Shown here piece after piece: positions 51,241 through 64,000 of a stretch of DNA of 64,000 bases. Source of the stretch: Schmidtea polychroa (taxonomy: Eukaryota); assembly GCA_044892525.1 (NCBI GenBank), contig CM097885.1, positions 41,294,001 to 41,358,000 of the forward strand, written 5' to 3'. The notes under the pieces are model-generated. The model saw only the letters and a program-made list of their open reading frames with translations. It did not search any database and was not told where the DNA came from. The number at the start of each line of letters is the position of its first letter. Positions within the stretch are counted from its first letter, which is position 1. Made by a program: the position numbers and the translations under genes.

Positions 51241-51425
51241 GCATCCTCATCTCTTCCCTTTCCATCACGCTCGGACAGAGGGCTTTTGTTTTGGGTTTTT
51301 TCGTTAAAACATATTAAAACATGTAATAAAACTGTTGTTTTTTTATATTAAAGTGTGATAATTGAGGGGCTTGGAACTGGACGCTTTGCGGTGGGTGTGC
51401 TCAAGTGTATAGTTCTAACACTACT
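51241..51425 (-). repeat. Polinton right TIR
   Basis: Ends ...AACACTACT followed by the TSD GATCGC. Confidence 0.95.
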
Positions 51426-51959
51426 GATCGCTGTAATAGGAAAGATGATATTAGCCCAAATTTTATCTGCTCATAGAAGTAATATCTGGATGACCATGGA
51501 AAATAATTATCGGTTGTATTCCGTTTATAGCGAGATTCATTGTTACTCATCATCAATATTAAGAAATTGCAAATGTGAAAGCACAGTTAAAAACAGATCA
51601 AAAAAGTGAAAAATCGTTGTGTGAATAGAAGAACAAAATTAATAGCAATAATAACAATAATGATAATGGCAGAATCGAGCAAAGTATTTTAGAAAAGAAA
51701 TAACAAAAAAAGAGGTAAACCCAGAGTTACGGCGTCTACTAGAACCGATACCAAAACTTAGAAGAATTTACACTCTTTCAAAATGGTATACACCTGCATT
51801 CATTCCAACAGCACCAGCAGATCCAGGTAAAAGCTTAAAAGAAATGAAACCAGTAGAACATATTAAACTCAAAGCAGAAAAGGTAAGAACCGACGAGTGC
51901 TGAAATTGAACGGAAAAACATGCTCGAATTACCATGTAATTACGCCTTGATGACAATAT

Positions 51960-52940
51960 GAAACAGAAGCAAGCAACCTCAAATAAGTATACTATTTAAT
52001 AAGAGAAGGGTCAAAGCCTTGCTAGATTCAGGTTCCAGTCATACAATGGTGTCAGATAAAATTTTCATAAGGGAGGAGAGAGCAAAGATGAAACCAACAA
52101 ATAAAATTATCAATTCAATGTCACACAAAGTCCTGAATATAATCGGGAAAGTAGAAGTTAAGATAATTATTGATAATCAAGAAATAACACATTATATTTC
52201 AGTAATTAGTAAAAGCCCCGTTGAATGTCTAATTGGTATGGATGTTATGGAGTAACTGCAAGGAATTGCTATAAATCTGACAACGGAAAAATTAATAAAG
52301 GGGTGAACAGATACAGCTGCAAATGAACCAAGAGATGTTTTCCTAAATCAAACGTTTGAACAGTAAGAAACGAAATAATATGTTAGTCTAGTGTAACAAA
52401 CGCAAAAGATGACAAATGTGTTTTCGAAACAATTCAAAAACTGGTAGAGAAATACGACATACCAATGTGCGACGAGATAGTAAAAGCAAAAGATCAGGAA
52501 GTCCCAGTAAGAATAGCTAATCTTAACACAAAATCTATTCAAATTAAACCTAAATCAAAGTTAGGAAAGTTAACTAAATTTCAAACGGAAGAAGCCCAAA
52601 AATTCCCGAGAAACATTAAAATCTATAGAAAACCACAAGTTACGAGCGACGATTTGACAGATTCAACAAAACGATAGTTAATGTAGTTACAAGATACAGA
52701 AGAGTGTTTGCAAAGCACGAGCACGATTTGGGACTCACCCAGGTGATCGAACATGAGATGCCTATACTCGACGAAACTCCTATGGAGCAACCTTTAAATT
52801 AAGACCGTAAAGAATTCCTTATATAAACCAAGAGGAAAGTGATAGACAGATAAAAGCGATGAAAGAGTTCAATATAATAAGGAATAGTTGATCATCATTC
52901 TTATCTTCAATAGTGTTAGTCAAAAAGAAAGACTGAATTT
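51960..52940 (+). mobile_element. Degraded Ty3/Gypsy pol fragment (aspartic protease to start of RT)
   Basis: LLDSGSSHTMV...CLIGMD protease; HEHDLGLTQVIEHE, RIPY and SIVLVKKKD from the RT N-terminus; many stops. Confidence 0.8.
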
Positions 52941-54154
52941 CGGTGAATCACGTAAATTTCAGGAATCTCTCATTTCTTATTTTTCGCTTTAGACATAAGC
53001 TGTAGATAAATTAGAATCCAGCTTAGAAATACCTGAGGACAGTTGGACAAAACCGATATCTTTATTTTATAGTTTTTGTGGCAAATCTTTGGGACAATTT
53101 TATTTACGAGTGTTTTGATATAAAGTAGAATATGTAAATCATATCTGTTAATCTCACTCCAAATTGTGTTTTGATCAATAACAATAATGAATTTCAATTT
53201 AATAATTACGATCACACAGAATGAGAAACAACATTCCCTCTGCCCTATGAATGTGCAAAATATCACGAGACAAAACAAAATTTTTACTATTTGAATTTAA
53301 TTTGAATTTTCTAAAAAAACAGAACATATTTTATCTGCTGAGTCTTTTGGTCCCTCTCACCCCAGATGGAATGTTGGCGAGGAATAACATACTTCTCAAT
53401 ATAAACTTAGAAATCACGATCGACTATCACAGACACAAATTTCTCGCTTCAGTACAATTGCTTTCTATTTTTTGATATATTTCCAAATAAATTTTAACTA
53501 TGCGCCGTCTAAATTTTGATGTTCACCCAGATTTTATCATCGTGGTATAAAATAAATAACTCTGGTTTTTCGTGGATTGATTAACTTCTTTTACAATATC
53601 TTGAAAAAGCTGTTTATCAAATTCTATTTTCATATTAATAATAACCTTTTTTATTGATTATTACGATTAATACTATGAATTGCATCCTCTTTCATAGCCA
53701 TTCGTTTCCTCAAATCATTACATTCACTTTAATAATTATTTAATTTTATTATTTCTGTATCTTCAACAATGTTATTAGATTTATTAAGGAAATTCTAAAT
53801 TTTGAATGCCATTTTTGAATAAGATTGTAATATAAATATTAATAATTATAATACATCTTTATAAATCAATATTTACTTCGAATTCCAACTTGCATATTAC
53901 CTATTTCCTGGAGCAGTTTGGAAACCTCAAATTGTAAAACTATGCCAATTAATAGTTGGAATAAGTGAAAATGTTACCAAGAACCTTTGGGTTCCTTTTA
54001 TGAATTATAATTTTAAATGGAATTTAAGCTATGAGACTTGTGAAAATCTTTTGAGGTTTCGGTCAATAAAACATCGAGTAAAAATTTTAAAAAAGCGAAA
54101 ATCCAAGATTTGATTTAAATTTAGTTTCGACAATATCCGACAAATAATAGGTGG

Positions 54155-55270
54155 TCATTTCAAATCTACAAAATCTTCTTCAAACAAAAATTGAGTCGTT
54201 TGATGATGATGTGAATCTCCAGGAGAACTAGAATAAAAATATAAATTTCATGAATGCGAAATTCAAAATTAAATCATATTAACTAACTACATAAAATATG
54301 AAATCGTTAATTTGCTTTCTGTTGGTTAAAATGTCTGTTTTCCTTAATTTTCTTGTCTATTTCAGTTTTTTTTATGATACCGTAAATAAAAAGTTCCCTT
54401 TAAAAAATAGATTATTTTTTAGTCACGTGATATGTTTTATTTTCTTTTAAAATTTAATTATTTTTAAACTCTATATCAGTGATTCCCAAATAAGGTTCCG
54501 CGAGATTTCGAGCTCTGACACTAGATATTATCAGAAATTTAGGAATTAATTAAAAATAAGAGTAATTACAAAAAATAAAGACACTTTCGGTAAATTTAAA
54601 CTTTTATATTTAATGGATTTTGAGAAGCGAGAAAGATTGCTGATGATTGACCAAGAAATGAGAGTCTGCTTGTAAACGATTGAACCAAGAATTGAAAAAA
54701 ATTGCTGTGAAAGTCAGTGCTCATTAAAACTACTAAAACAAAATTATATTAACTGTTGGGGTTCCGCCGGCAAAAAAAGTTTGGGAATCACTGCTCTGTA
54801 TTAATTTCACTTTGTATGTGTTTGAATGTTTGTATGAGACAAGCAAATCTTGCGACGCAAATTAACTCACATCCCATAATCGGATCGAGCTAAAATTTAA
54901 CAGATAGATTTGTAGCCGAGAACAATAGATTATTTCAAAATTTCAGATCGATTTAAGGTACTATAATTAACTTTTTTGAAAATTCTCAATTTTATTAGTA
55001 TTTTTCGAAATTTCTTTCAAAATATTAATAAAATGTTCCTTTCAACGTAATTTCTTAACTAGGTGATTTTGAGTAATATTAAATATTTTAAAGGGTCACC
55101 CATATGTTATGTACACACTGAGGAGGGGTGGTTGGATTTATGGTTGGGTGAGTATGGGGAAGGGAGTAGTATGCACATATTTTACAACTTTGAAATTCGG
55201 ACAGTTTATAGATAGTTAAAAAAAATCTGTTTCCGTACTTATTCTACTCACTCATTTAGTTCAAAACAGA

Positions 55271-55355
<85 letters not shown>

Positions 55356-57979
55356 TCTTAAAAATCTTACTCTATTCAGAACAAAAAACTAAAGTTTTTA
55401 CCACATAGAAAGGTAATTTCGATAAACTACTACCGTCCTACTCAATTTCAACAAAAGTAGACTGTAGCCAATCAAACAAGTTTCGAATAATTGGCAGACC
55501 ACCACCAACGCTTTCAGGCGCGTTAGATTGTGTTGCAGTTTATAGCAGTGGTTCTCAAACTTTTTTGATCACGACCCAAATTTTTGACATTTCATGCCAA
55601 AAATTTTATTGCGACCCACATGACAAAGATTAATTTTAAAATAAATGTTTATTTAATGAGATGAATGTAGTTGCTTAAGTTCAAGTATTTTTGACATCCT
55701 TGGTGAATAATTTTTACTCAAACATATTCGAAGATCGTTTGAAATATTGAGTTGGTTTCTTTGCTTTGTCTTTATTTGAACCAATGAGATGGATGGATAG
55801 AAATTTTTCAAATTTTTTCACTTTGCAATGACCCCTGCTCAACTTTAAATGGCTTAAATCGAAATTTTTTGAAATTAACTCTTATTATTAAAAAATCAAA
55901 ATAACAATATTTAAGAAAATAATAAGCGTTCTAAATATTAATTTATATAAATAAATTTAAAAGGCTTAAACTTCCAAAATTTATATTTGTAGATCTTTCC
56001 ATAAGTCATCGCGACCCACCAAAAATTCTTTCGCGACCCATAGTTTGAGAAACACTGGTTTATAGAATAACACTATTAGATTCAGCTTGTGTGTTTACTT
56101 CTGCTTACCTGTGAATATGGGCATGATTGAGCTTCGCAGTATGTGATGGAAACTATAGGCTACATTGATTACAAACAAGTTTCTCAAGATCAGCAATCCC
56201 CGTCGGACAGTAAAAATGAAATGGCATCCTCAAGAAATCGTTAGGCGGCTGCAAATTTCAGAGCCATTAAGCGATTCAAACGTGGCCGCTAACAGGTGCA
56301 CTGTAGTAATGGATGAAGTAACAGGTTATAGATACTAATTTGTAGGCCTAGAACTGAAACTGTTGAGCCCATTAACTTGGATTAGAGTATAGTGAAGAAT
56401 ATAGGTAGAAGGAACCTCAAATGCTATAAGATATCTAGATCTGGTCATTCCTGGTCTATGTTATGTAATACATGACAAATCTACAGGTTTTGTTAATTTT
56501 TTATATAAATAAATCACCCATATTAAAAGTCCGTTTGCATTTTTAAAATATTAAACATACTGGAATACACGCAATCACCTTAAAACAAAATATATCACAA
56601 AAAGCTAACTTGCGGACGACATTTATGGACAATTCCTTACAGAGCTCATAGCACTCCTTGTGGTCGTCAGTTGGTGACTCCTTGTATTCTTAATTGTTAT
56701 AAGATAATTGTTTTCATCTGAACCTTGTAGGATAACTGTAAATAATACCTTGCATGTTGAATTTGTATGACTATATATTATGACTATATATCATGTATTG
56801 TATGTCTGAATATCAAAGGTGCGCTATTTTATTATGTATGCATGCGTATATATTGCTCAAGATACAATATAATTACTAAGGGATAATTAAATTTTTTTCT
56901 TACAACAATGCTAATCATAAAAATATGTTGCTTTATAAAATCAGAAAATTAATGATCCGAATATCATAAATGTAACCAATCATTATTAATTTATTAAAAT
57001 CTAAACGATTGAATACAGAAAATAACGATGAAAGTAAATTTAAAAAATAAATAAAGAAATTAAATAATGAAAGTCTTAAATAAAATAGAAAAATATGTTG
57101 ATGTCAGGAAAATTCTTAAAATCTATTATAAGAATTAAGATTCATGTAAAAAAACAAATAAACCCGCCCACATAGATTAAAAACGCATGCTAACTATTGT
57201 TTCGATCAGAAAATTTCACCAATCAAAATAAATTCAATCCGATTTAATAATCAACAATCTATACTTATAACAAATAATAAAATGACAGTCAATTAAAAAT
57301 CAATTATTTTATAAATAAAAAAAATAAATAATAATAATAAATTAAACACGACAGCGATTTAATTTTAAAAAACAGCACACAAATATCCGTTTTACCAGAT
57401 TTTTCGAAAAGTTTCCCTATAATCATCAGGCAGGATAAAAAGCCGTTGATTATATTTCATCATATTACACAACTTTATTATTTGAAAAAATGTGCAGTGA
57501 CGTGATAGTTTTTGAATAGTTTTAGTTTATTATTTTTCAGCTAATAAATATTATTATTTTATTGTTACATTATATTGTTATTTATTGAAATTTGTCCAAA
57601 TATATATTTTCTTTAAGAAAAAAAAATGATTTTTTTTGGTCGTTTTTTTTTAAATTGTGCGTTAAGGGGTTAATTTAATTTGAATAATCAATTATTTTTC
57701 AAATTAAAATATTATTAAAAATATATTTTCAATGAGATTTTAATAAGGACTTCATTCAATTTTCATCTCTGATTTCTTTTCAATTGACATTGTATTTATA
57801 CGCACTGTAATTTTAATTTTATCAATCAATCTATAAATTTAAAAAAAAATTTAACTTAATAATTTCACTATTCAACACATTTGAAACCAACATTACATAT
57901 ATCATTAATTTAACATCCAAACTAATTTGAAAACATTGAGAACACATTTTAAATTAAAATATTAAAAAAAAAAAAAAAA

Positions 57980-58013
<34 letters not shown>

Positions 58014-58112
58014 TAATAAAAATAAAAAATATAAATAAATAATAAAAATAAAAATATAAATAAATAATAAATAAATAAATTAAAATATTAGAATAAAAAA
58101 AAATAAAAAAAA

Positions 58113-58161
<49 letters not shown>

Positions 58162-59594
58162 TAATAAAAATACAATGTTGATTTGTTTAATAATACCCTT
58201 GCGACATGTTGAATATGACCAGTACCCTTGTGAGCAATACCCATAGGGGGACAGAATATCTTGTCGGATAAACTCAGAGTATATATAATAATAATCCCTG
58301 TGTTTCAAAGACCTTTATTTTCAAATAATAATAATATCTCTTGTCGGGAACTCTCAAATTTCAAATTTAAAAAAAAATGAACTTTACATTAAAAAATTTG
58401 ACCATGAAAAGAATATTAAAAATTTCCCCTAGAGGGGGGTGGGTGGGGGTATGTGGTCCAGCGGAGTCCTGGTCTAGCGGTGCCCTATCTATCTACTTAT
58501 GTGGATTGTTGTTTTAAAAAATTTTGGATGGTTTAATTTTTTTAGGTTACTGTGTGGTTGGTAAAATTTAAATTTAATGAATTATTTCTCTGACTCCAAG
58601 TGTGCCTTTCGTTGACCCACAAATAACAATTAACACTGGAAACTTTATTGAATATCACAAATATTTTCACAATGATACAATTGGCTCAACAAGCTAACTA
58701 TCGATTATACAGTGCTTATTACAACACTGGTGAAGAATAGCACACGCGTATAACTCTGATTTGACAAATCTCTCACAACTGAGGAGTATAACAATTTGTA
58801 ATTTAACTGGTTGTTTTCTAGTTTGACTTGGATTTACTCGCCGAACTTTACCCTATTATTAACTGAATAAGCTCCTGCTGCTTATCCCTTTATTTCTGCT
58901 TTTCTCTTTAAGTTTCTCTGCTTCAATTCTCTTAAAGTTCTCCAAATAAATGTCGTATTATCTCAATTAATCTGTCCTTTGTCGCAATATTGTGTCTCAA
59001 ATCTTCTGTCGCAACTCTGTTCCACAATATTCTGACGCAAATGTTCTCTTTTAATCGTTCAGTCGTAAATACCCTTCTTCGACGGTTCTGACTGCTGCTG
59101 CTGTGTTTCCTCCTTTTATACCTAGTCACTTGTGACACTTCAGTTTATCTTTAATTTCCCATTTTTTTCTCCAACATAAGTCCCCAACTTTTCACTGCAA
59201 TAGTTATCTTTGACAGCTGTCAAGATATTCTCTAGTTTTCCCTTTTTGCCGCTCCGGCCCATTTTCTTTTCGTTCCCTTTATCTCAGACAAGCTGTCAAG
59301 ATAAGTACATTATTGTTGTTTCTGTTTTTCTCAATTTTGAAATTCCTTTTCCTTTTGTACTAATTAATTAGTACTGACCTTTGCTTTTGTTTTCTTGTCT
59401 AATTTATTTTGTTTTATTCCTCTTTCTCATTTCTCATTTCTTTTTATTTCCGTTTTCTTTTCCGGGTTCTCATGACGATTTTCCCCGAGTAATTTTATTT
59501 ATTTATTCATAAATTTGTTATTTAGGTATCCTCAACAATTTGAATAATTTTGTTTTTAGAAATGTTTTGAATATAGATTGATTGTTAAAATTAA

Positions 59595-59667
<73 letters not shown>

Positions 59668-60232
59668 GTGAAATAATGCTGACTGTGCAATTGTATTATT
59701 ATTATAGATTTATAATTGCGTATTAATAATATTTGATATTTTTTATATAAATTAGAAAAATTTCAGGTTGTTACTAAAGTTAAGATTTGGTGCAGGTGAT
59801 GAATTAATTGAATATTATTTTTGGAATTTTTAAATAATATTAAATTTCAAATTACGGTACTTACTTTTTACATACCTTGTATAATTAAAAATAATATATT
59901 TAAAATTATTAATAAAATATGTCACAATATTTTAAAAATAATAATAAAATAAATTAATTGCCCCACCCCTCTGCTCAAATTGTTAAATGCTACAAGACAT
60001 TTTACCTGCTAGAATGCGATACTCCACTTCTAGTTCGTTGTCGGGAAAAACTTCCATGTTCCGATAATTCGAGATACACTTGTGGACTTACATAACTGAA
60101 ATTTTCAAACCAATAGCAATTAGAATCATCGGTTGCTGTAGGACTAATCATACACGGTTCTGATACGATGTTTTTATCAAACAAACTGACATCATCCCGA
60201 CTCGATAATTCGGGAATGAACGGAGGCTTTAG
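54155..60232 (-). CDS. 3' part of an AGC-family kinase (S6K/SGK-like): exon 60232-60006 and candidate last exon 54227-54155
   Basis: LKPPFIPELSSRDDVSLFD...ISP...FENFSYVSP is an AGC C-tail with turn and hydrophobic motifs. A phase-2 junction fits the SPGDSHHHQTTQFLFEEDFVDLK* exon. The catalytic domain was not found in the window. Confidence 0.75.
54477..54793. mobile_element. hAT (Charlie-type) MITE
   Basis: TIR CAGTGATTCCCAAA; TSD CTCTATAT / CTCTGTAT. Confidence 0.8.
55273..55350. repeat. (AT)n microsatellite
   Basis: Seen directly. Confidence 0.95.
55546..56057. mobile_element. hAT (Charlie-type) MITE
   Basis: TIR CAGTGGTTCTCAAAC / GTTTGAGAAACACTG; perfect TSD GTTTATAG. Confidence 0.88.
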
Positions 60233-60913
60233 CTGGAACAGTTATAAGTTGAAGAAATAAAAATTTAATTCAAGATAACAATTTAATTCTAAATATATCT
60301 AGATTAATCCGTGAACGATTAATTTATAAATAAAATAAAAATAATATTCATTATGATTTCCCGAAAAACACTTACAAACCATGATATTTGACTAGTAAAC
60401 AACAAAAACATGAGTGCAATATTGATAATGCAAAGTCAGATCAGGAATTAACGATTTTTAAATAATTAGATCACATAAACATGACCATGATCAAGTCACA
60501 TGGATTGAATATCAGCAATTACCAAAATATATATTTTCATACAATCCATAAAATCAATTAAAATGTGTTTTGATCAATTAAAACAATAAGTATGCACTAT
60601 TTTCAGGTGCACTGTGACCACACGACTAATTGAAAGCGATCTCATTAAATTGATAAGGAAAGTCACAAATCTACAATAAATTTAGATATCTAATTGTGAA
60701 GCGGATTAAGAGATATCAATTATATTTTGAGATCATATTAATAGGAATAATGGAAAGATTTTAGTGAAACACAATCAAAATGTGTCCATGATTTTCACTT
60801 CGGGATGAAAGACTTCAGTTTTTCAATATAGATTTTAGTTAAAATATTTTTCATAGAACATTTTTATAACCTTTACCAAAGGAAGGTTCACAAGGTGTTT
60901 CTTCAATTATAAG

Positions 60914-62234
60914 CAGGCCCTAGGAGAGGCGGGGCCAGAGGGGCCACTGGCTTCAAAATTTTATTTGAAGAAATTTTTTTGGAAGCAAAAATTAATTTTT
61001 AAAAATTCAACAATTTGAAAATGGACTAATGATATAACTTCTTTGCTCTTGTATATCAATCTAACATGTTTTTAAATAAATCAGATTGATCTAAGATTAG
61101 GAATTCGTCATCTAAAATTGGTTGATCGTTATTAAAATCCACGAATAAGAGATTTTTAAAAATATTTTTAAAAATATCCGTTTATTAATGATATGATATT
61201 GGGGCGCCTATTTTAAACCCAACTAGCGTGGAATTCGAAAGAATATTTTAAATTTCATTAAAATTTCTCTACTAAAAAATGAAATGAAATGGCTTGAAAT
61301 ATTTAGAAAATTTCTCATTGAAGTTTTAAATTAAAAATTGTCGGTATTAAACTGAATTAAAGTTTGTTTATATTGTTTGTGCTTCTATTTGATAAAAATT
61401 AATTTCAATAAATTTTAATACTAAAAGAAGTGAACAAAAGGTATGAAAATTTTTTTTCGATATCCCTTAATTTAATGAATATTTAATTTAGATGAAAAGA
61501 CACAAGAGTGGAACAGAAAAACGAAAAGACATTAAGAAGCGAAAAGAAGCTATCGATAAATCAGCGAAAATCACCTCAGTTTTGAAGAGAGCAAGCCAAA
61601 ACAATGAAGAAGATTCTTTTGAATCATTAAACGCATCAGTCAATGGAGATTCATTTGATACATTCGTTCAAGAAAATGAAGATTTAACAGTTGCAGAAGA
61701 AAAAAAATTGAATACGTCGAGTGATTTAGATAATGATCATTATTTAGTTTCAAAAGTCGTTTTTGATATCGCTCTTCTTCAGTCAAATATAAAACATTCT
61801 TGAATGCTGAGCGCAACCAACTTCAAATCATCAAAGCCAAAAGAAGTGCTTAAATCTATTATTGAAATGAATTTGGAGTCAATTTTTCCAAATCTTGTAG
61901 TTGTATTAAGAATATTTTTGACAATCCCGGTTTCTGTAGCCGAGTCTGAACGTACGTTTTCAGCTTAAAAACGTATTAAGAATTTATTGAGATCTACAAT
62001 GGCACAAGAGCGGCTAAATGGATTAGCAATGCTTCATATTAATAACGAGATTGCAAGAAACCTAAATTTTAGTGAAATAATTGATAAATTTGCAATTTCA
62101 AAATCCCGTAAATCATTAATATAATAAAATTTGTTTTTATATTGTGTTGTCGCTAACTATATATATTTTTTAATTATTAAAAAGAGGCCCCAAAAAAATT
62201 TGGCCCCGGGCCCCGCACTCTCTCGTAGGCCCTG
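60914..62234 (+). mobile_element. Internally deleted hAT element
   Basis: Perfect TSD ATTATAAG; TIR CAGGCCCTAGGAGAG / CAGGGCCTACGAGAG; transposase N-terminus (61492, MKRHKSGTEKRK) next to a dimerisation-domain remnant (LRIFLTIPVSVAESERTFS). Confidence 0.9.
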
Positions 62235-62368
62235 ATTATAAGCTAGATTAGTAATGGGAAATTCTAGTTTTAAAAATTTATTTATATGACCATGTATGTT
62301 AACTCTAAAAATTCATAATCAAATTTAAAATTAATTTGTAATATTTGATATGGCGAATTAGTATAGAT

Positions 62369-62663
62369 CAGTGATTCTCAACCTTTTTTTGTTGCAGCAC
62401 ACTTTTAACGAATTCAAAATTTTGGGGCACACAAAAGTTTCTATAATACACGTTAGTGTGTGCATCAGTGACTATGAGAAAGACTTTATGAGAAAGTGAA
62501 GTGATTTACTTCATTTATTCAGTTGCATAAATGGTTTTCAAGTAAGTTTTTTAAATTTAAGTAACTTTTAAGTCTTGAATTTTGATTTTATATAATTATT
62601 TATTTTGAGTTATTTCGATATATTATATCTATAATTTCGCAGTACACTGGTTGAGAATCAATG
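62369..62663. mobile_element. hAT (Charlie-type) MITE
   Basis: TIR CAGTGATTCTCAACC / GGTTGAGAATCAATG; TSD GTATAGAT / GTATAGAA. Confidence 0.8.
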
Positions 62664-63401
62664 GTATAGAATCTATAGATGTTTAAAAATTTCCTATACA
62701 TTTATAAATTGTTATGGGAAACCAACTTCCATTAGAGCTTCCTGTTATATATGATGTTCAAGATTTAATAATGGACGAGCTTATATTTAATGATAGTAAG
62801 CAAGTAGTAGGACCTTGATAAGAAACTATAAAAGTGAATTGTAGACAAAGTTCAAGAATTAATAATATCTAAGTCTTGTATTTCACTAAATCAAATATTG
62901 AATGAGATTGGAACATCATAAAGTATAAAGTATTCTTTTAGATATTTCTAATACCGAAAACAGTAAGCTAAATGGTTCATTTATGAATTAAGTGATCATA
63001 ATAAAGGTCAAAAATGATAAATGCAAGACTTTTCAAAAAAGTAGTTACTTGTGATGTCGCTACGTTTGAAAATGCTTTAAACAAAACAATAATTGAGATT
63101 TTGTATAGAATCTGTTTGAGATGTTCCAAAAATATTTCGGTTTGCTAATAAAGGTGATAAGTTCTGCTGTCATATTTTGTTATGGGATTTTTATAATTGA
63201 CATTTGAAAAACTGACAAGAATTTAAATTTCTTATAATGGTGAATTATAAAAGTTTTATTGAAAAGTTAATTATTAAAAGAGAAACAATTTAATACATAT
63301 AATTTATAAAATCTCAGTTTTGGCTGTCCCTTCATTCAAAGAGTTTAGGAATACAATTTTAAGAAATGTTTGAGTGAAGAATGTTTTGATATTTATTTTA
63401 A

Positions 63402-63431
63402 ACTAGCCGTTGTTCCCGACTTCGCCCGAGT
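63402..63431 (-). mobile_element. Helitron-type 3' terminus
   Basis: On the minus strand, a GC hairpin CTCGGGCGAAGTCGGG followed by CTAG-T. Confidence 0.5.
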
Positions 63432-64000
63432 TTACATTTATTATAATAATTCATTTAAATTAATTTTTTGTTTAATGATGTTATTACGTTCCAGTATTAA
63501 TTTTATAACAACTTCAATTCCATGTTTAATTCACAATAAGAAAAGCTTTCAAAATAAATTTCAATTTGTAAAATTGAAAACGCACTCCAATTTAAATCGA
63601 AAAATAACTGACAGTATTTTTCCAATTGCAAACTGGTTCACCAGAGCCATAACTAGGGAAAATGGCTCCCGGGCGAGATTGAAATTTGGCGCCCCTGATG
63701 CCAAAAGAATCCACCACTCCCATTAATTATGTACTTACAGGAATGGAATTGGCCTTGAAGAGTCAAATTAAGATGCAAAGCTATACAATGCTTAACCAAA
63801 CTTATATTATAACGAAAACCAATTAATTATAAATATTTATTATACATGTGTATATACATATATAGCTTCATCTCCCATATCAGCCAGTGGCCGAGTTTGC
63901 AAAAAATGAAAAAATAATTCTGATTCTTTTCTCAATATTGAATAGGCTATTCTCCGATTTCTCGTTTTTATATACAGACTACTGCATCGGGCATATCGAT

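Larger units (their letters stand above)
38092..51425. mobile_element. Complete Polinton/Maverick (adintovirus-like endogenous virus), 13,334 bp
   Basis: AGTAGT...ACTACT termini, perfect 6-bp TSD GATCGC (38086-38091, 51426-51431), ~185-bp TIRs, and pPolB, integrase, ATPase, protease, major and minor capsid genes. Confidence 0.97.

Noticed and set aside
58610..59330. Possible LTR/PBS remnant on the minus strand
   Set aside because: No partner LTR, TSD or identifiable gag sequence.
63858..64000. Open minus-strand frame at the window end as the upstream kinase exon
   Set aside because: Phase is compatible but no clear kinase motif is visible and it is cut by the window edge.

Overview
AT-rich eukaryotic (animal) DNA with ~45-55 nt introns and (ATT)n/(TA)n microsatellites; a planarian-like host is an inference, not established. 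The main feature is a complete 13.3-kb Polinton/Maverick (adintovirus-like endogenous virus) at 38092-51425. It has AGTAGT termini, ~185-bp TIRs and a perfect 6-bp TSD (GATCGC). It encodes a major capsid protein, a Zn-finger/PLA2/integrase fusion, a packaging ATPase, a core protein, an adenain-like protease, a penton, a fibre-like protein, small ORFs and a protein-primed PolB; most core genes carry disabling lesions. Three non-gene signals stand out: a shared TATAAAA(A)TG-type motif at nearly all of its start codons with almost no intergenic space, about 25 dispersed C-GAA-G mini-hairpins with variable self-complementary stems, and an extra inverted terminus just inside the left TIR. Host genes are a DUS1L orthologue, an intronless activin/inhibin-class TGF-beta ligand, the 3' exons of an AGC (S6K-like) kinase and a small unidentified 3-exon gene. 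The rest is hAT elements, MITEs, Helitron ends, a TTAA-flanked element and a Gypsy remnant. All calls were read by eye; no database searches were run.
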